Source: Antedon mediterranea
Taxonomy: Eukaryota; Animalia; Echinodermata
Assembly (NCBI RefSeq): GCF_964355755.1
Contig: NC_092671.1
Coordinates: 23,448,070-23,512,069, forward strand
DNA: 64,000 nucleotides
Reading direction: 5' to 3'
The translations under genes and the position numbers were made by a program. Shown here piece by piece: positions 13,537-27,286 of the stretch. Within the stretch, counting starts at the first letter, position 1. Every line of letters starts with the position of its first letter. The notes beneath the pieces are model-generated. The model ran no database searches and was not told where the DNA came from. It saw only the letters and a program-made list of their open reading frames with translations.

Positions 13537-14706
13537 GTAAAAAGGTTCATCTGGATCTCTGTATAGTATTCAAGTAAATTTTCTTTTGGATGATCCAAAG
13601 TCAAATAAAAATCGTAAAACTTACGTTTTTTAGTCTAGCTTTCGCCGGTCAACGACGCAGCTTAATCATGAGTGAGTCTAACAATACATTACCCTTCTTA
13701 GACATCATAATTACAATGAACAATGGAGACCTGACGACAGTTTACAGAAAAAAGACCCACACAGACCAATACTTAAACTTTCACTCCTGCCATCCATTGG
13801 AACACAAGTTAAGTGTGGTTAACACTCTGGTTGACAGATGTGAAAAAGTTGTCACTAAAAAAGAAGAGAAACTAACAGAAATGAAAAGATTAAACATGCG
13901 CTCGTTGGGTGCGAGTACCCCAATTAGTCCATGGACAAGATAATCCAAAAAAGATCGGAGAAAGAAAAACAAAATGCCAAACAAAAAACAAAAGATACAA
14001 CCAACAAAAACAAGGGAAACATAGGGATACCTTACATACCAAGAATATCAGAAAGAATTAGACCCTGCTTATCTAGTTACAATGTCAACACTTATTTTAC
14101 TCCACAAAACAAATTAAGAAATCTTTTAGTTCACCCAAAAGACAAAATAAAAAATGATGACAATTGTAACAACTGCGAAAAAGTGTATATAGGAGAAACA
14201 GCTAGAACCTTATCCACAAGGATAAAAGAACACAAAGCAGATGTCACTTCACATTGCACAGGTATTTTAACACGTTCAGCAAGAAATTCAGCTTCAGAAA
14301 TTGTTCATAACTCAGCCATCACCGATCACATGACCACTCACACTCATTTACCAAATTGGAACGTAAAAATACTAGGAACAGAATCTTCATGGAAAGACAG
14401 AAAAATAAAAGAATCAATAAAAATAAGAAAACATGGTAACACTATGAACAGAGACGACGGCGGTTTGGAACTCCCAAAATTATACAACAACTTACTAAAG
14501 AGGAGGCCCCGACAATCCCATTTAGGTAAACCTGAACGTTTCATAGATGGCGCTATACCAAATACGAGAGCTAATGGTAACAAGTTCAAGTCACAGAGAC
14601 TCACTCATGATTAAGCTGCGTCGTTGACCAGCGAAAGCTAGAGTAAAAAGCGTAAGTTTTATGATTTTTATTTGACTTTGGATCATCCAAAAGAAAATTT
14701 ACTTGA
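13537..14706 (+). mobile_element. Penelope-like element (GIY-YIG type), 5'-truncated, with an inverted upstream pLTR
   Basis: RT-thumb motifs LPFLDI and VYRKKTHTDQYLNFHSCHP; GIY-YIG motif VYIGETARTLSTRIKEH. The pLTR at 14597-14706 is inverted at ~13540-13678. A 17-bp flanking duplication atacatttaaaacatta lies at 13520-13536 and 14707-14723. Confidence 0.9.
14603..14644 (+). ncRNA. Minimal type I hammerhead-like motif in the Penelope pLTR (A3-U8 core variant)
   Basis: actc-ATGATTA-a-gctg(cgtcgttgac)cagc-GAAA-gc-TA-gagt; inverted copy at 13632-13673. Confidence 0.55.
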
Positions 14707-14768
14707 ATACATTTAAAACATTAACATGAAAAGGTCTAGCTTAGTTTTCTTTCTTTTTTCATTTCCAG

Positions 14769-14809
14769 AAATAAAACAAACAATAAAGTTGATGGAATGT
14801 ATTGATTGA
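14769..14809 (+). CDS. COMMD4: COMMD4 final coding exon
   Basis: Polypyrimidine tract + ccag acceptor. The phase-1 join gives (E)IKQTIKLMECID*, paralleling the COMMD4 end ELKQAQTLM. AATAAA at 14859-14864. Confidence 0.8.
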
Positions 14810-14882
14810 ATCTAGCAATTGAAGCTTCTACTATTGGCGGTTCCTGATTATAATACTCAATAAAAAATATTAAATATTACTG

Positions 14883-15927
14883 GGGCGGATTGCAATAAAG
14901 GTCTTAACCTCGGTCTTAGACTTAAGCCCAAGATGAAACCCTTAGCAATGAGGGTATTAGATATTTGACCATTGCAATAGAAGTCTTAGCCTTAGAATTT
15001 CAGCGTCGTGATCTTAGATTCTAAGCCTCCTCCAGGCAGACTTACGCTAACCGCACAACGTGAGCTATGCTAGTAATATCATGGCGAAATTAACTTATTT
15101 AAATACTGCTGTGATTTGATTTTATGATACTGAGTATAGAAAAGGGGTATTGCACTATTTTATTTAAATATTTAATTCTGTTGACAACCAACAGGTTGAT
15201 AAGACATGTACATTATTATTTTGATCTACCAATTGTTTCAATAGATAAAATCTATATAGGCCCACACCTACCTGACCGCACCAACAAGCTGTATGCATAT
15301 TCTCCATACGCGGCCTAGCGCTACACTATTTTGACCAAGAAAAGACTACATATACTGTAGTAGCATATTTAAAATTAGTTGTTTTTAAATATTTGTTTGT
15401 AAACTCTAAGAATGTAATAATTAACTAATATTTACTATCAAATTACATACAATTTTGTTGCCAATATTTTTATTTATTTGCTAAAATCTCCTAGTATTTA
15501 CGTAATCTTAACGCTATTGAATAGGCAGTGTGTCCATTCATGCATTAAAATGGCCTCAATATGTCCTACTGAGGAGTTTGTCGCTAAAGTACTCCTTATT
15601 GTTAAATTACTCTATTTGCACTTGTTTGTATAGCGCCCTCTTTTGTCGGTAACTATAAGTGGTGCTGCAAACCGACCAATAATCAGTTGCTACAATGAAG
15701 CTCAAGATCGACAAGAATGGAGACACCTCATCAGAATGGTCACAAGTACTTAGATATGAGTAGAACGACGAAAGAAGAAGATAGGCTGGTTTGATTGTTT
15801 GAAATTCTTTACTAATAAAGTCTCAGTTAAGACCGCAACTTTGCTGAGAGGCATAGCTAAGACTTTCGCGAGGGGCTTAGGGCTTTGATCTAAGCCTAAG
15901 ACAAAGTCTTTATATTGCAATCCGCCC
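14883..15927. mobile_element. Non-autonomous PIF/Harbinger-type element
   Basis: TIR gggcggattgcaata / tattgcaatccgccc, with a 3-bp CTG duplication on both sides. Confidence 0.75.
15650..15781 (+). mobile_element. RTE-clade LINE extreme 3' end
   Basis: Translates AQDRQEWRHLIRMV followed by a (GAA)n tail. Confidence 0.55.
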
Positions 15928-16706
15928 CTGTATTTTGATTTTTGATTATCACTATTTTATGAATAAAAATATATACAGTATAGTGTATTTTGATTATCAC
16001 TATTTTATGCAAATGGTAAAGGAGACATAAATGTCGCACACATACATTCAATACTCGATTCTTCAAAGTAGGAAGGAAACCACATTTCTATAGAAGATCA
16101 GTATTTTACATAGATAGGCACTGGTCTATAGACAAAACCAACAAAACGTAAAGGGATGGATGAGTAGGGCTGTTTACACCTCACTCACCATATTCATAAA
16201 ATAATGATGAAACTTTAACGTACAGGTAAATTAATATTTATCCTATGTAATTTCATAATACATTTGTTGTCAACTGAGATTTTAAAGTCGGAAATTCTCA
16301 ATAAAACAAAACATAGAAAATTTGAGGGTTTTTTTCCCATTTTTTATTCAACATAACCATCATCAACACATTAACCACAGTTATGTTAAACGAGTTGCCA
16401 TCCTGGAAGCAAGTGGCTATTTGTGTGAGTGAACGGAACAAAAACACTGGAAAACTTCAGTATATAAAATTGATACAATTTATTGTATAGCAAGCAAGCA
16501 AGATAAAATGTTCAGCTTCAACCATTGGAAATTGGAACATTCCAAAGGGATGATTAAACGATGAGGTAATATCAACTGGTTAATAGGCAGTGTGACTTCT
16601 ATTATACATATGTTCTTGAAAAGTTACTAAGCTATTCACAAGTTCAGCACCCCTACTTGATTGTTTCGACTACTACTGTATAGTACTTACCAAGCCTTAT
16701 ATTTTA

Positions 16707-19700
16707 CTAGATGGTTCGCTCGCGTACCATCTAGGTTGTGTCCACAGATGGTTCTCGAATACACAGTAATTTCAGCGTAAAAAAACTGGCGATTTCAAAT
16801 GTACGTACCGCAGGACTATAAATACATTGTCGTTTTCAGAAACGAATAAACAGACACAATGATTAATGTAGTCAACTAAAATTTGCACACTGGGAATTAG
16901 GCCTACTTCCGAAAGAGAAACTTGTCCTAAAATGTGTCCAAAAAAACTAAAACTGTCCCTGTTATAGTCGATTGAAATAGTCAAGTACATGTAACGATAC
17001 ACCACTACGACGTTTATATTTTGTATAATTACTAATTAATACAATAAACAGTAACCACATTCACAGAAAGAAAATTACAATTCAAATAGCGACCAAAATG
17101 GTTATTACGTACAGTATTTACAATATTGTCAAAGTATCGCAATGCTATATCTCAGTTTTAAGTTTATTCTCAAAGGGCCCATAATAGTCAGGGTCCTCGT
17201 GTATTTCCGTAGGATTTTAATGCCCAAAGTGAGATTTCACTTGATTTCACTTTATTATGGTGCTAGGATACCAAAAGTGCTAACAAATTTTCACGATCCC
17301 GTAACCATGGTAACAGCCCCAAATTCAAAATGGCGACCAAATGACCATATCTCCATAACCCTTTGCTCTATTGACAAGATATTGGCATCAAAATACTCGG
17401 AATGTATATATTTATATTCGTTGTAATAGAACATTTTTACTAAATGCAACCGGAAATGCTATTTTCTGTACTATTGACCCTTGACCTTGACTCGTACTGT
17501 ATCTTAAAAACGGCTGGTCATAGAAATTTTAAAATGGTCTCAAATTGCTCAGACCTTACATATTTATATTTATTGTAACGCAATATTTTGTTAAAAAATG
17601 TCCGGAAGCAAAGTTATTGACCTTTGACATAGAGAAAAGCTTACAAGAATTTTTATTCAGTAGTCTATGGTCATATCTCCATAACCCTTTGGTCTATTGA
17701 CAAGAAATTGGTATCAAAATACTCGGAATATATATATTTATATTCGTTGTAATAGAACATTTTTACTAAATGTAACCGGAAATGCTATTTTTCTGCACTA
17801 TTGACCCTTGACCTTGACTCGGACTGTATCTAAAAAACGGCTGATTATAGAAGTTTAAAAATGGTCTCAAATTGCTCAGACCATACATATTTATATTGAT
17901 TTTAATGCAACATTTTGTTAGAAAATGACCGGAAGTAAAGTTATTGACCTTTGACCTAATAAACATGAACTTTATTTATATAAGCATTTATCTATTTGAG
18001 CATGTATGGTCAATTGTTTGTGGTAGGGATTAAAAACATGAGTTTATACATATTATCATCATTCGAATATTTAATTTCTAATCACATATTTATAGTTTTT
18101 ATATATTTTATAAATAGTATATACTTTATAGTGTAAGCACATTTATCTATGTAAACAACTTTGGAAAATAGTAAAAATTACCGCAAAAATTCATTAATTC
18201 ATCCACTTCACTAAAATGACGTAGCCAAATTGATTCTTCCTGAACTTTTCCTGAAATGTTAATTGCTATACTTTTTACATTTTGGAGCTCCAAAATTGGA
18301 TTAAAACATCTTTAATTACATCAGTACCATGCATTTATTGTGTCAGCATCCTTGTTGCCATTAAGACAGTCAAGGAGTGAGAGTGGTTGATTCTTCAACT
18401 GTTGTACCTTTAATGCTTGTTCTTGAAACATTTTTATATGGAGGTTTCTCATACAGTACATTGAACTTCTGCCGGCCATACATTATTACGTGGTTAGACG
18501 TTCCTTGGTTTTTCTTCTTAGATGTTTCAAGATATGAGAAGCAATCTTTCAATGCTAATATTGACTGCCATTTTGTGAATAATATCCCCAAGCAAAGGGA
18601 CGAATTTAAGGAGTGAGATTGTTAGAAGTGACCAAGAGGTTTTTGATGTTTACAGCATCTTATGATTTTATCTCCTTCAAGCTACAAAATGTTTTTAGTT
18701 TCATTTTCATTTCAGGTATAGTCCACAACCAGACTTTGGTCACAAACTTCAAAAAGCTTCAACTCCTTTTTTTTATTATCTCTGTTTAAGATGTATTTCT
18801 TTACTTCTTTTGAAATTATTACTAAGACAAAGTTAAAAAAAGTGTTGATTTTGTTGATTTGATTTGAAATCTTGAAGGATTTGTGTGTTTTGTGTTGAAG
18901 AGTGAGTTCGATGGGATATCTAGTTCGATTTCCTCCTCCTAAGTAATGCCAACAAGATCACCAACCCATTTTAACTGGTTTTCCTTCTGTTCTAGAGCCT
19001 GATCCGGGAAAAGAGCACTATTTAAATACAGATTTTTTTCTTTACATTCAAATTAATTACAATCTTTTATTCACTGTCATCTAAATGTTAGATGGCAATG
19101 TATCAGACGAGCATATAAATGAAAACCAGTCATGGGCAAAACAAATCTGCAAAATACCTTTCTAATATTATAGGTTATAATTACCATCAAATCTCACTCT
19201 GACATTCACTACTTTTAGCTAAATCAGAAATCTTCAATTAATACGTTTATAGAGGTTCAAAATGGCAATTGAAAACAATATCTGAAAATGTGAGTTTAGA
19301 AAAGAACTGAATGCATAACATAATTATCCTAGTGAACGCCAGGCTAGTGATCTGGAGGTTGTTGGAGTCCCACAATGATGTATTATCCATCCTTGTATGT
19401 AAATAGCTATTCTCTGTGTCAATGGTGAATAACTTTACTTCTGGTCATTTTCTTACAAAATATTGCATTACAATAAATATAAATATGTTTAGTCTCAGCA
19501 ATTTGAGACCATTTTTAAATTTCCATGACCAGCCGTTTTTTAGATACAGTCCGAGTCAAGGTCAAGGGTCACTAGTAAAGAAAAATGGCTTTTCCGGTTA
19601 CATTTAGTCAAAATGGTCTATTACAACGAATATAAATATATTTATTCCGAGTATTTTGATACCAATATCTTGTCAATAGACCAAAGGGTTATGAAGATAT

Positions 19701-20250
19701 GACCAGAGACTACGGAATAAAAATCCTTGTAAACTATTCTCTATGTCAAAGGTCAATAACTTTGCTTCCGGACATTTTTGAACAAAATATTGCATCACAA
19801 TAAATATAAATATATAAGGTCTGAGCAATTTGAGACCATTTTAAAATTTCTATGACAAGCCGTTTTTAAGATACAGAACGAGTCAAGGTCAAGGGTCAAT
19901 AGTACAGAAAAAAGCATTTCCGGTTGCATTTAGTAAAAATGTTCTATTACAACGAATATAAATATATATATTCCGAATATTTTGATACTAATATCTTGTC
20001 AATAGACCAAAGGGTTATGGAGATATGGCCATTTGGTCGCCATTTTGAATTTGGGGCTGTTACCATGGTTACGGGATCTTGAAAATTTGTTACCTAGCAT
20101 TTTTGGTATCCTAGCACCATAATAAAGTAAAATCAAGTGAAATCTCACTTTGGGCATTAAAATCCTACGGAACCCCTATTTTCATACATGAGGAACCTGA
20201 CTATAAATTTACCTACTTGTGTTAAACCATGGAGGGCTCATAAATTTGAG
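16707..20250 (-). mobile_element. Non-autonomous Helitron copy (same family as 52356-55726), interrupted by an Academ element
   Basis: Reverse-complement match to the Helitron 3' end (ctagatggt..cgcgtaccatctag hairpin). Homology to ~52850-52940 runs up to 17184 and resumes at 20204. Confidence 0.75.
17185..20203 (-). mobile_element. Internally deleted Academ DNA transposon with ~770-bp TIRs
   Basis: TAG...CTA termini with a TAA target duplication (17182-17184 and 20204-20206). Long TIRs (17185-~17960 vs ~19410-20203) contain internal sub-repeats. The minus strand near 18940-19020 translates FPDQALEQKENQLKWVGDLVGIT, resembling the Academ transposase DQAxEQxN..K..GG.VG.T motif. Confidence 0.75.
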
Positions 20251-20357
20251 TAAAGCACAGGATTGGTCATTTTGGAGTTTATAGCACTTACACAGCTATT
20301 TGTTTGCTATTAATTGCTGTATCATATATAGCAATTACACAGCTATTTGTTTGCTAT

Positions 20358-21619
20358 GACGTGATTTCGATACAAGTCGGCCCTAAACCGTCTCGGCCAA
20401 AGTCAAGTCGGCCAAAGTCAAGTCGGCCCCAAGTCAAGTCGGCCTCAAGTCAAGTCGGCCTCAAGTAAACTCGGCCTCAAGTCAACTCGGCCTCAAGACA
20501 ACTCGGCCTCACGTCAACTCGGCCTCACGTCAACTCAGCCAAAAAATAATCGGTCAACTCGGCCCCGTTAAAGTATGCAATGCAAAAGGTGCAAAGGAAG
20601 GGGATTGATAAAATAATATTTCTTCACATTTTATTACCTATGAATAATTCTGACTTTTAATGAATATTAATATTTAGACAATAATACTTTTAGCAAAAAA
20701 AAAAAAGAAGGATTTCACCAATTTTTCTTTATTTACGTTTAATAAAATTTCAAATTGCACAAATTGTTCTGAAATTGCGCATAACAAACAATTGATTAAT
20801 AAGCTAGAATTCATACTACAGTATTATTAATGATTACGGTACAATATGAACATTTGGATAATAAATAGGAACACATTGTAGGCATACACCCAATATGATG
20901 ATGCACGTACGTGGGCGCGTATGTTCGTTCGTGCGTCAAAATTCAATAAACATGTCCGATATGCGAGGACATATATTAGGTGTAATAAGATTGTTTGGTT
21001 GAATCATTGAGGTATTAATTAATGTTAACTCTATGGTTGAATCATGCGTATATTTCTTCAGTGTATGCATTTGATTAGGCGACAACATCTGAAACCAATT
21101 TGTAGCTGCGCCTCCCTGTGCCTTTGACAGCTATTTCGATATCTACAACTGCTACGTGTTTTCGCTGACCGGGGATTCCCCTTTTTTTTAAATGCAAATC
21201 ATGGACAAAAACGATATGTACAGTACGATCATTTTTCTATGGCCAAATGGTGGAACCATGGAGCTATAATAGCTCCATGATGGTCTTCGATTTACTAAAA
21301 TGTGGTACCTGCACGTGTTTTTGTAAAACGCGGGTACTTCTATTCATATCGGCAATGATGTCATTTTTTTATTTTCTTATTTTCTTATTTCTTAATTTTT
21401 TTTAAAGAGTGGATAGTAATAATCATAATAATATTAAGCACTTTTTGCGTTCAATACTTTATTGTGGCCGAGTTGACCGATTAGTTTTTGGCCGAGTTGA
21501 CGTGAGGCCGAGTTGACTTGAGGCCGACTTTACGTGGGGCCGACTTGACTTTGGCCGAGACTGTTTGGGGTCGACTTGACTTTGGCCGAGACTGTTTGGG
21601 GTCGACTTGACCTGCACCC
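20358..21619. mobile_element. Foldback/MULE-like MITE 'A' with tandem-array TIRs (caagtcggcc / caactcggcc)
   Basis: The array at ~20372-20565 is inverted at ~21465-21612; the right terminus is gacttgacctgcaccc. Confidence 0.75.
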
Positions 21620-21982
21620 ATCAGGTATAGCAATTATACAGCTATTTGTTTGCTATTATTGCTGTATCCGGTATCAGGTATAGCAATTATACAGCTATTT
21701 GTTTGCTATTATTTGCTATTATTGCAGTATCAGGTATAGCAATTATACAGCTATTTGTTTGCTATTATTGCTGTATCCGGTATCGGGTATAGCAATTATA
21801 CAGCTATTTGTTTGCTATTATTGCTGTATCCGGTATCAGGTATAGCAATTACACAGCTATTTGTTTGCTATTATTTGCTATTATTGCAGTATCAGGTATA
21901 GCAATTATACAGCTATTTGTTTGCTATTATTTGCTATTATTGCTGTATCAGGTATAGCAATTATACAGCTATTTGTTTGCTA

Positions 21983-24340
21983 CTCTCTTAAATTGGTCGA
22001 CTGAATATTCAATCGATACGGTTGATTTTTCAACTTTTGGCCGACTGTGAGTAGGGACAAATCGGATTGATTGAAATAACGATTGAAGATTTTCAATCGA
22101 TTCAAAGATTGAAAAATTTCAAACTAAGAAGATTGGAAAAATTATTTTTTCAACCAAAATCGATTGACTTTTTTGTTTAAATACGATGCTTAAAAAAGAT
22201 ACGTTTCTTATATATATTCCATTTTGATTTTATTGAACATAACAGTATATTACAATAGTCAAGACACTGCTGTAGTCTTTGTCTTTCAGTAGTATAATTA
22301 TAAATTCAAAAACTATCTTATATGCCTTGGTGATATACCCTAATTCTTGGGAGGGCATCTACAAAGTCCACAAATATCATTCAGGAAAATATAGTGCAGC
22401 CTAAATAAAAGCCCAACCATGGCTTCTATAATGTGTCTGAATGAAAGTACATGTTGAGTTATGATGACCGTCCAATTGACAATAAATATGGCTGTGCAAA
22501 TTTTTGACCTGCATACTCTTTTCTAACATCTGTTGCATCCTGTAAGAATAACAAAAAGCATAACAAACTGTTATTTATCATAAAATATTTGATAAATGTA
22601 CGCATCTTTAGTAGTAGTACTGTACTATCTTTATCATTGATAATTTTTTATTTTCAATATGGTCTTAAAAAGCAACGGTGAATAGTTTTGCTATTCAATA
22701 TTATCAGAAAAGAGTATCATATAAAACTCTTTTCTCTAATTTAAGTAAATTTTGACATTCGTAATTTTTAAAATGAAAATAAAAACTGTACTATTAATTA
22801 ATATGCTTACATGGATATGTTGAATGAACAAATTCACAGCTTCTGATTTGGTTCATGCTCTGTAGAAGATTGAGACATATAGTATGCTTCATATAAATCA
22901 GCATAACAAGACCATTATATAGGCCTAGTGCACAAAATAAATTATAAAACATTAATAATAGTAACACAAATAGTAAAAATAATAGGCTAGTTCAGATTCA
23001 GTCAAGCCACCAATAATTAGGCAATCTTTTTCTAGCATCATGTCGGTATGTCGAGTAGTTTCTTCTAGGTTGGAAATATTTTTTAATCCAGTCCCTGTTC
23101 AGTTTTAAAGCTTAAAAAACACGAATTTATACACAATTGACATGTATAAATACAGTGATTTAAATACAGATATACAACATATTATTATTACTTACTATCA
23201 AAAAATAAATATAAATCGTTCAAGATGATGTCCATGTTGTTATTGTGAATGATTGCAGCCCGAAACATCATTGACATTGTGTAGTCAAGCATTTTTCCTG
23301 TGCAATAGATAGAAATAATATGTTTCTACTAAATGTTATAGTACTGTACAGTTTACAGTATACACAGTATAGCCTATCGTCATTATTTATTAATATTATA
23401 ATTATTAATTATATCATAATTTATTGGTAGGACGCCTAGGCTAGGCCCTACTAGAGGTTCTAGCTATAGGCCTCTAGGGCCTAGTCTAGGAAATAGTATT
23501 AAAGTAGGGCCTAGGCTTAGTAACTAGGCTAGGCCTATTTATTAGACCTAGCTCTTCTCCAGCTAGACCTACTAGTTATGCCTAGCCTACTAGGCTAGTA
23601 CTAGCCTAGGCTAGCTAGGGTAGGCCTAGAGAACGTCATCAAGAATTACAAAGTAACGTTTTTTTAGTATTCATTAAAATTGTTTATACAATGGAAATGC
23701 CTATTCAACTAGGCTAGGCCTAGCCTAGATAGAATAATATTCAAGGCATAGCACATTTGATTTAGTAAATTTAACCTAGGCTACTCACTAGCTAGGCCTA
23801 TAGCCTAACTCGGTAACCGGCAAAAATAAACTCGAGCCGTAACCGTACACCACACTCGCTGCTGTCACGTCAACTAGCCTACTAACTAGATCTGTGCTGT
23901 GGCCAGAAAATGTGCGCGGTGGTGGTGGTGTGAATGTAGGCCTCAATGTAGCGTATGCCTTAGATTCAATTTAAAATAAATGATTACCAACCTTCTAAAA
24001 TAGATATTGATTCAATTGGTATATGTTACGAATACGGTAGCTCGTAAATTGTCGGCAAAGAATCTAAAATACGATCGAAGTGCATGAAGACACTGACTCT
24101 GAAGATCAGGCGGGCGGGAAGCGAGGAGAGGGAAGACAAACTTTTGTTGTCCGCGCGCTTTCACGTCACAATATATTAGGCGCTGATTGGATGTTGTAAT
24201 CAAACTTTCTATCAGTTGAAACTTTATTTTCAACTGGAGCGTATTTCACGTTCATGAATACCATATTCAGTCTAAAAAGTTTGGTTTTAATCATCAAACG
24301 TAAATACGATCGAAATTTCCAATCGATGAATTTAAGAGAG
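21983..24340. mobile_element. Non-autonomous DNA transposon (EnSpm/CMC-like) inserted in the satellite
   Basis: TA|ctctcttaaatt ... aatttaagagag|TA interrupts the satellite unit precisely, with subterminal aatcga/tcgatt motifs. Minus-strand decayed exon-like pieces near 22330-22545 read QPYLLSIG and IEAMVGLLFRLHYIF. Confidence 0.6.
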
Positions 24341-25375
24341 TATTATTTGCTATTATTGCTGTATCAGGTATAGCAATTATACAGCTATTTGTTTGCTACT
24401 ATTTGCTATTATTGCTGTATCAGGTATAGCAATTATACAGCTATTTGTTTGCTATTATTTGCTATTATTGCAGTATCAGGTATAGCAATTATACAGCTAT
24501 TTGTTTGCTATTATTTGCTATTATTGCAGTATCAGGTATAGCAATTATACAGCTATTTGTTTGCTATTATTTGCTATTTTTGCAATTACACAGCTATTTG
24601 TTTGCTATTATTGCTGTATCAGGTATAGCAATTATACAGCTATTTGTTTGCTACTATTTGCTATTATTGCTGTATCAGGTATAGCAATTATACAGCTATT
24701 TGTTTGCTATTATTGCAGTATCAGGTATAGCAATTATACAGCTATTTGTTTGCTATTATTTGCTATTTTTGCAATTACACAGCTATTTGTTTGCTATTAT
24801 TGCTGTATCAGGTATAGCAATTATACAGCTATTTGTTTGCTATTATTTGCTATTTTTGCAATTACACAGCTATTTGTTTGCTATTATTGCTGTATCAGGT
24901 ATAGCAATTATACAGCTATTTGTTTGCTATTATTTGCTATTATTGCAGTATCAGGTATAGCAATTATACAGCTATTTGTTTGCTATTATTTGCTATTATT
25001 GCTGTATTAGGTATAGCAATTATACAGCTATTTGTTTGCTATTATTTGCTATTATTGCTGTATTAGGTATAGCAATTATACAGCTATTTGTTTGCTATTA
25101 TTTGCTATTTTTGCAATTACACAGCTATTTCTTTGCTATTATTTGCTATTATTGCTGTATCAGGTATAGCAATTATACAGCTATTTGTTTGCTATTATTT
25201 GCTATTATTGCAGTATCAGGTATAGCAATTATACAGCTATTTGTTTGCTATTATTTGCTATTATTGCAGTATCAGGTATAGCAATTACACAGCTATTTGT
25301 TTGCTATTATTTGCTATTATTGCAGTATCAGGTATAGCAATTATACAGCTATTTGTTTGCTATTATTTGCTATTA

Positions 25376-27250
25376 GTCATAGTCATATATACTTTATTGT
25401 CCATTTAAAAAACAGAAATGTGATTTGAAAACTGGCAAAATACAAAAATATAAAATACAATTTACAAAAACACACACAAAAAGTTAAGAGGCTAAAAATT
25501 GTTAAAATTAGATAAAAATTATTATTATTTAATTATATTATATGATTTATTATTATATTGAACTAACGATGATTTAAAGTTTATATAAAAGCATTAAAAC
25601 TATAAAAATAAGCAAAAGCGGTTACATTTTACCTTTGTACTCTGGAGTTATATAAGTGTATAGCATTAGGTACAAACGAGCACCTAAACCGTTTTGTTTT
25701 GGTATTAAGTGCACGTAGTCTTATGCCAGAATTCATGAGAGCAAATTGTTTGTGAAGAGGATGTGTTTCATCATCAATGATACTTTTTACTTTTTTTAAC
25801 ACATTTTCTTTATACAAGGATTCAACATCAGGTAAGTGCTCTCCTACTAGTCTAATTGCTCTATTTCCTATTCGATTAAGTTTAATTTTATCTTTTTGCA
25901 TTGTATTACCATAAAAACAAACATTACAAAAAAGTATTACACTGAGAATTACAGAGTTATAAAACAATTTAAGTATAGTTTTGTCAATTTGTAGGTACTT
26001 AATTTTTCTTAAAATAAACATCCTTTGGTTGGCTTTGCATGTGGCTTTATTTACATTTTTATCCAATTTAGCTTATTGTCAATTATACAACCCAGATATT
26101 TGTACTCATTTACTACTTCAATCTCATTTTCATTTATAATCAGAGGTTCTAAGGGTTCTTTAATTTTCCTAAAATCAATTTGCATTTCTTTTGTTTTCTT
26201 TATGTTTAGTTTCAGGTTGTTATTGCAGCACCAGTGATAAAAATCACATCCTAGTTGTCTATAGCTTGTTTCATCATTGCCAGTAATGTATCCAGTGATG
26301 ACTGTGTCATCTGCATATTTTACTATACAACATTCATTTGAATTGGCTCTGAAACTGCTGGTGAACAGTGAAAACAACATTGGGGAGATAACAGACCCTT
26401 GTGGCATGCCAATGCTAACAGTTCTTTTATCAGATAAAATACCGTTTAGTTTAACATACTGGAACCTTTTTGTTAAGAAATTATATATCCATGAAGTCAA
26501 TGTGTCGTTTACGTTCATTTCTTTAAGTTTGCGTACTAATGAACCAGGTTCAACGGTATTAAAAGCACTAGAAAAATCTATATACAAACATCTTACATAT
26601 GATTTAGGCACATCTAAATGTTGGTAAATATTATGTAAGTGGAAGAGCACAGCATCTTCAACACTTCTATTACTCTGATAGGCAAATTGGAGAGGATCGA
26701 GAAACAATTTGGTCTGATCAAGCAACTGCCTAAGTACAATCTTTTCTAGGCACTTACCAACATTGGATGTGATAGCTATTGGCCTATAGTCATTAAGTTC
26801 CTTGGGATTTTTTATCTTAGGAATAGGTGAGATACAGGCCGTTTTCCATTGATTGGGCACTGTACCACTTGCTAAACTCTCATTAAAAGGTTTGGTATAT
26901 ATCGGTGCCAACTCTTGGTTGCAGTATTTAATAACACGATTTCCAATTCCATCAGGGCCAGTACTTTTACCAGGCTTTACTTTGGCGAATACATTACGCA
27001 CATCAACTACATTTATGACTGCATTGTTTACTAATGAAGTCTCATTTTCGCGGATTTCTGTGTCTTCATTTTCATTTTTGGTAACTAATATCTCGGATTC
27101 AAAACGACAGAAAAAGTTGTTTAAGTCATTAGCGAAGTTCTCACTTCCATGTACACGCAATATGGTTTCTTTGTAGCCAGTTAGTGTTTTAATTGCTTTC
27201 CATGCTGCTTTAGGATTTTTGTCTTTAAATTTATTTTTTATTTATTGCTG
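25376..27250 (-). mobile_element. Rex1/Babar-like LINE, 5'-truncated RT with one frameshift
   Basis: ORFs 26051-27160 and 25629-26066 contain YRPIAITS, LDPLQFAYQSNRSVEDA, YIDFSSAFNTV, GMPQGSVISP and KYADDT; short (atgact)n tail. Confidence 0.88.
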
Positions 27251-27286
27251 TATAAGCAAAGATTGTATAGCGTCAAGTTCAATATT

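Larger units (their letters stand above)
20270..25375. repeat. Satellite/minisatellite array with a ~30-56-bp unit (gctgtatcaggtatagcaattatacagctatttgtttgctattatttgctattatt), split by two insertions
   Basis: Tandem copies at 20270-20357, 21620-21982 and 24341-25375. Confidence 0.95.

Noticed and set aside
23430-23830. Dense TAGGCCTA/CTAG palindromic tracts (also ~36060-36360 and 62820-63260)
   Set aside because: They recur throughout the window as low-complexity motif expansions with no specific structure.
24445-25281. Overlapping Cys/Tyr/Ile-rich ORFs
   Set aside because: They are translations of the satellite array; there is no sign of a real protein.
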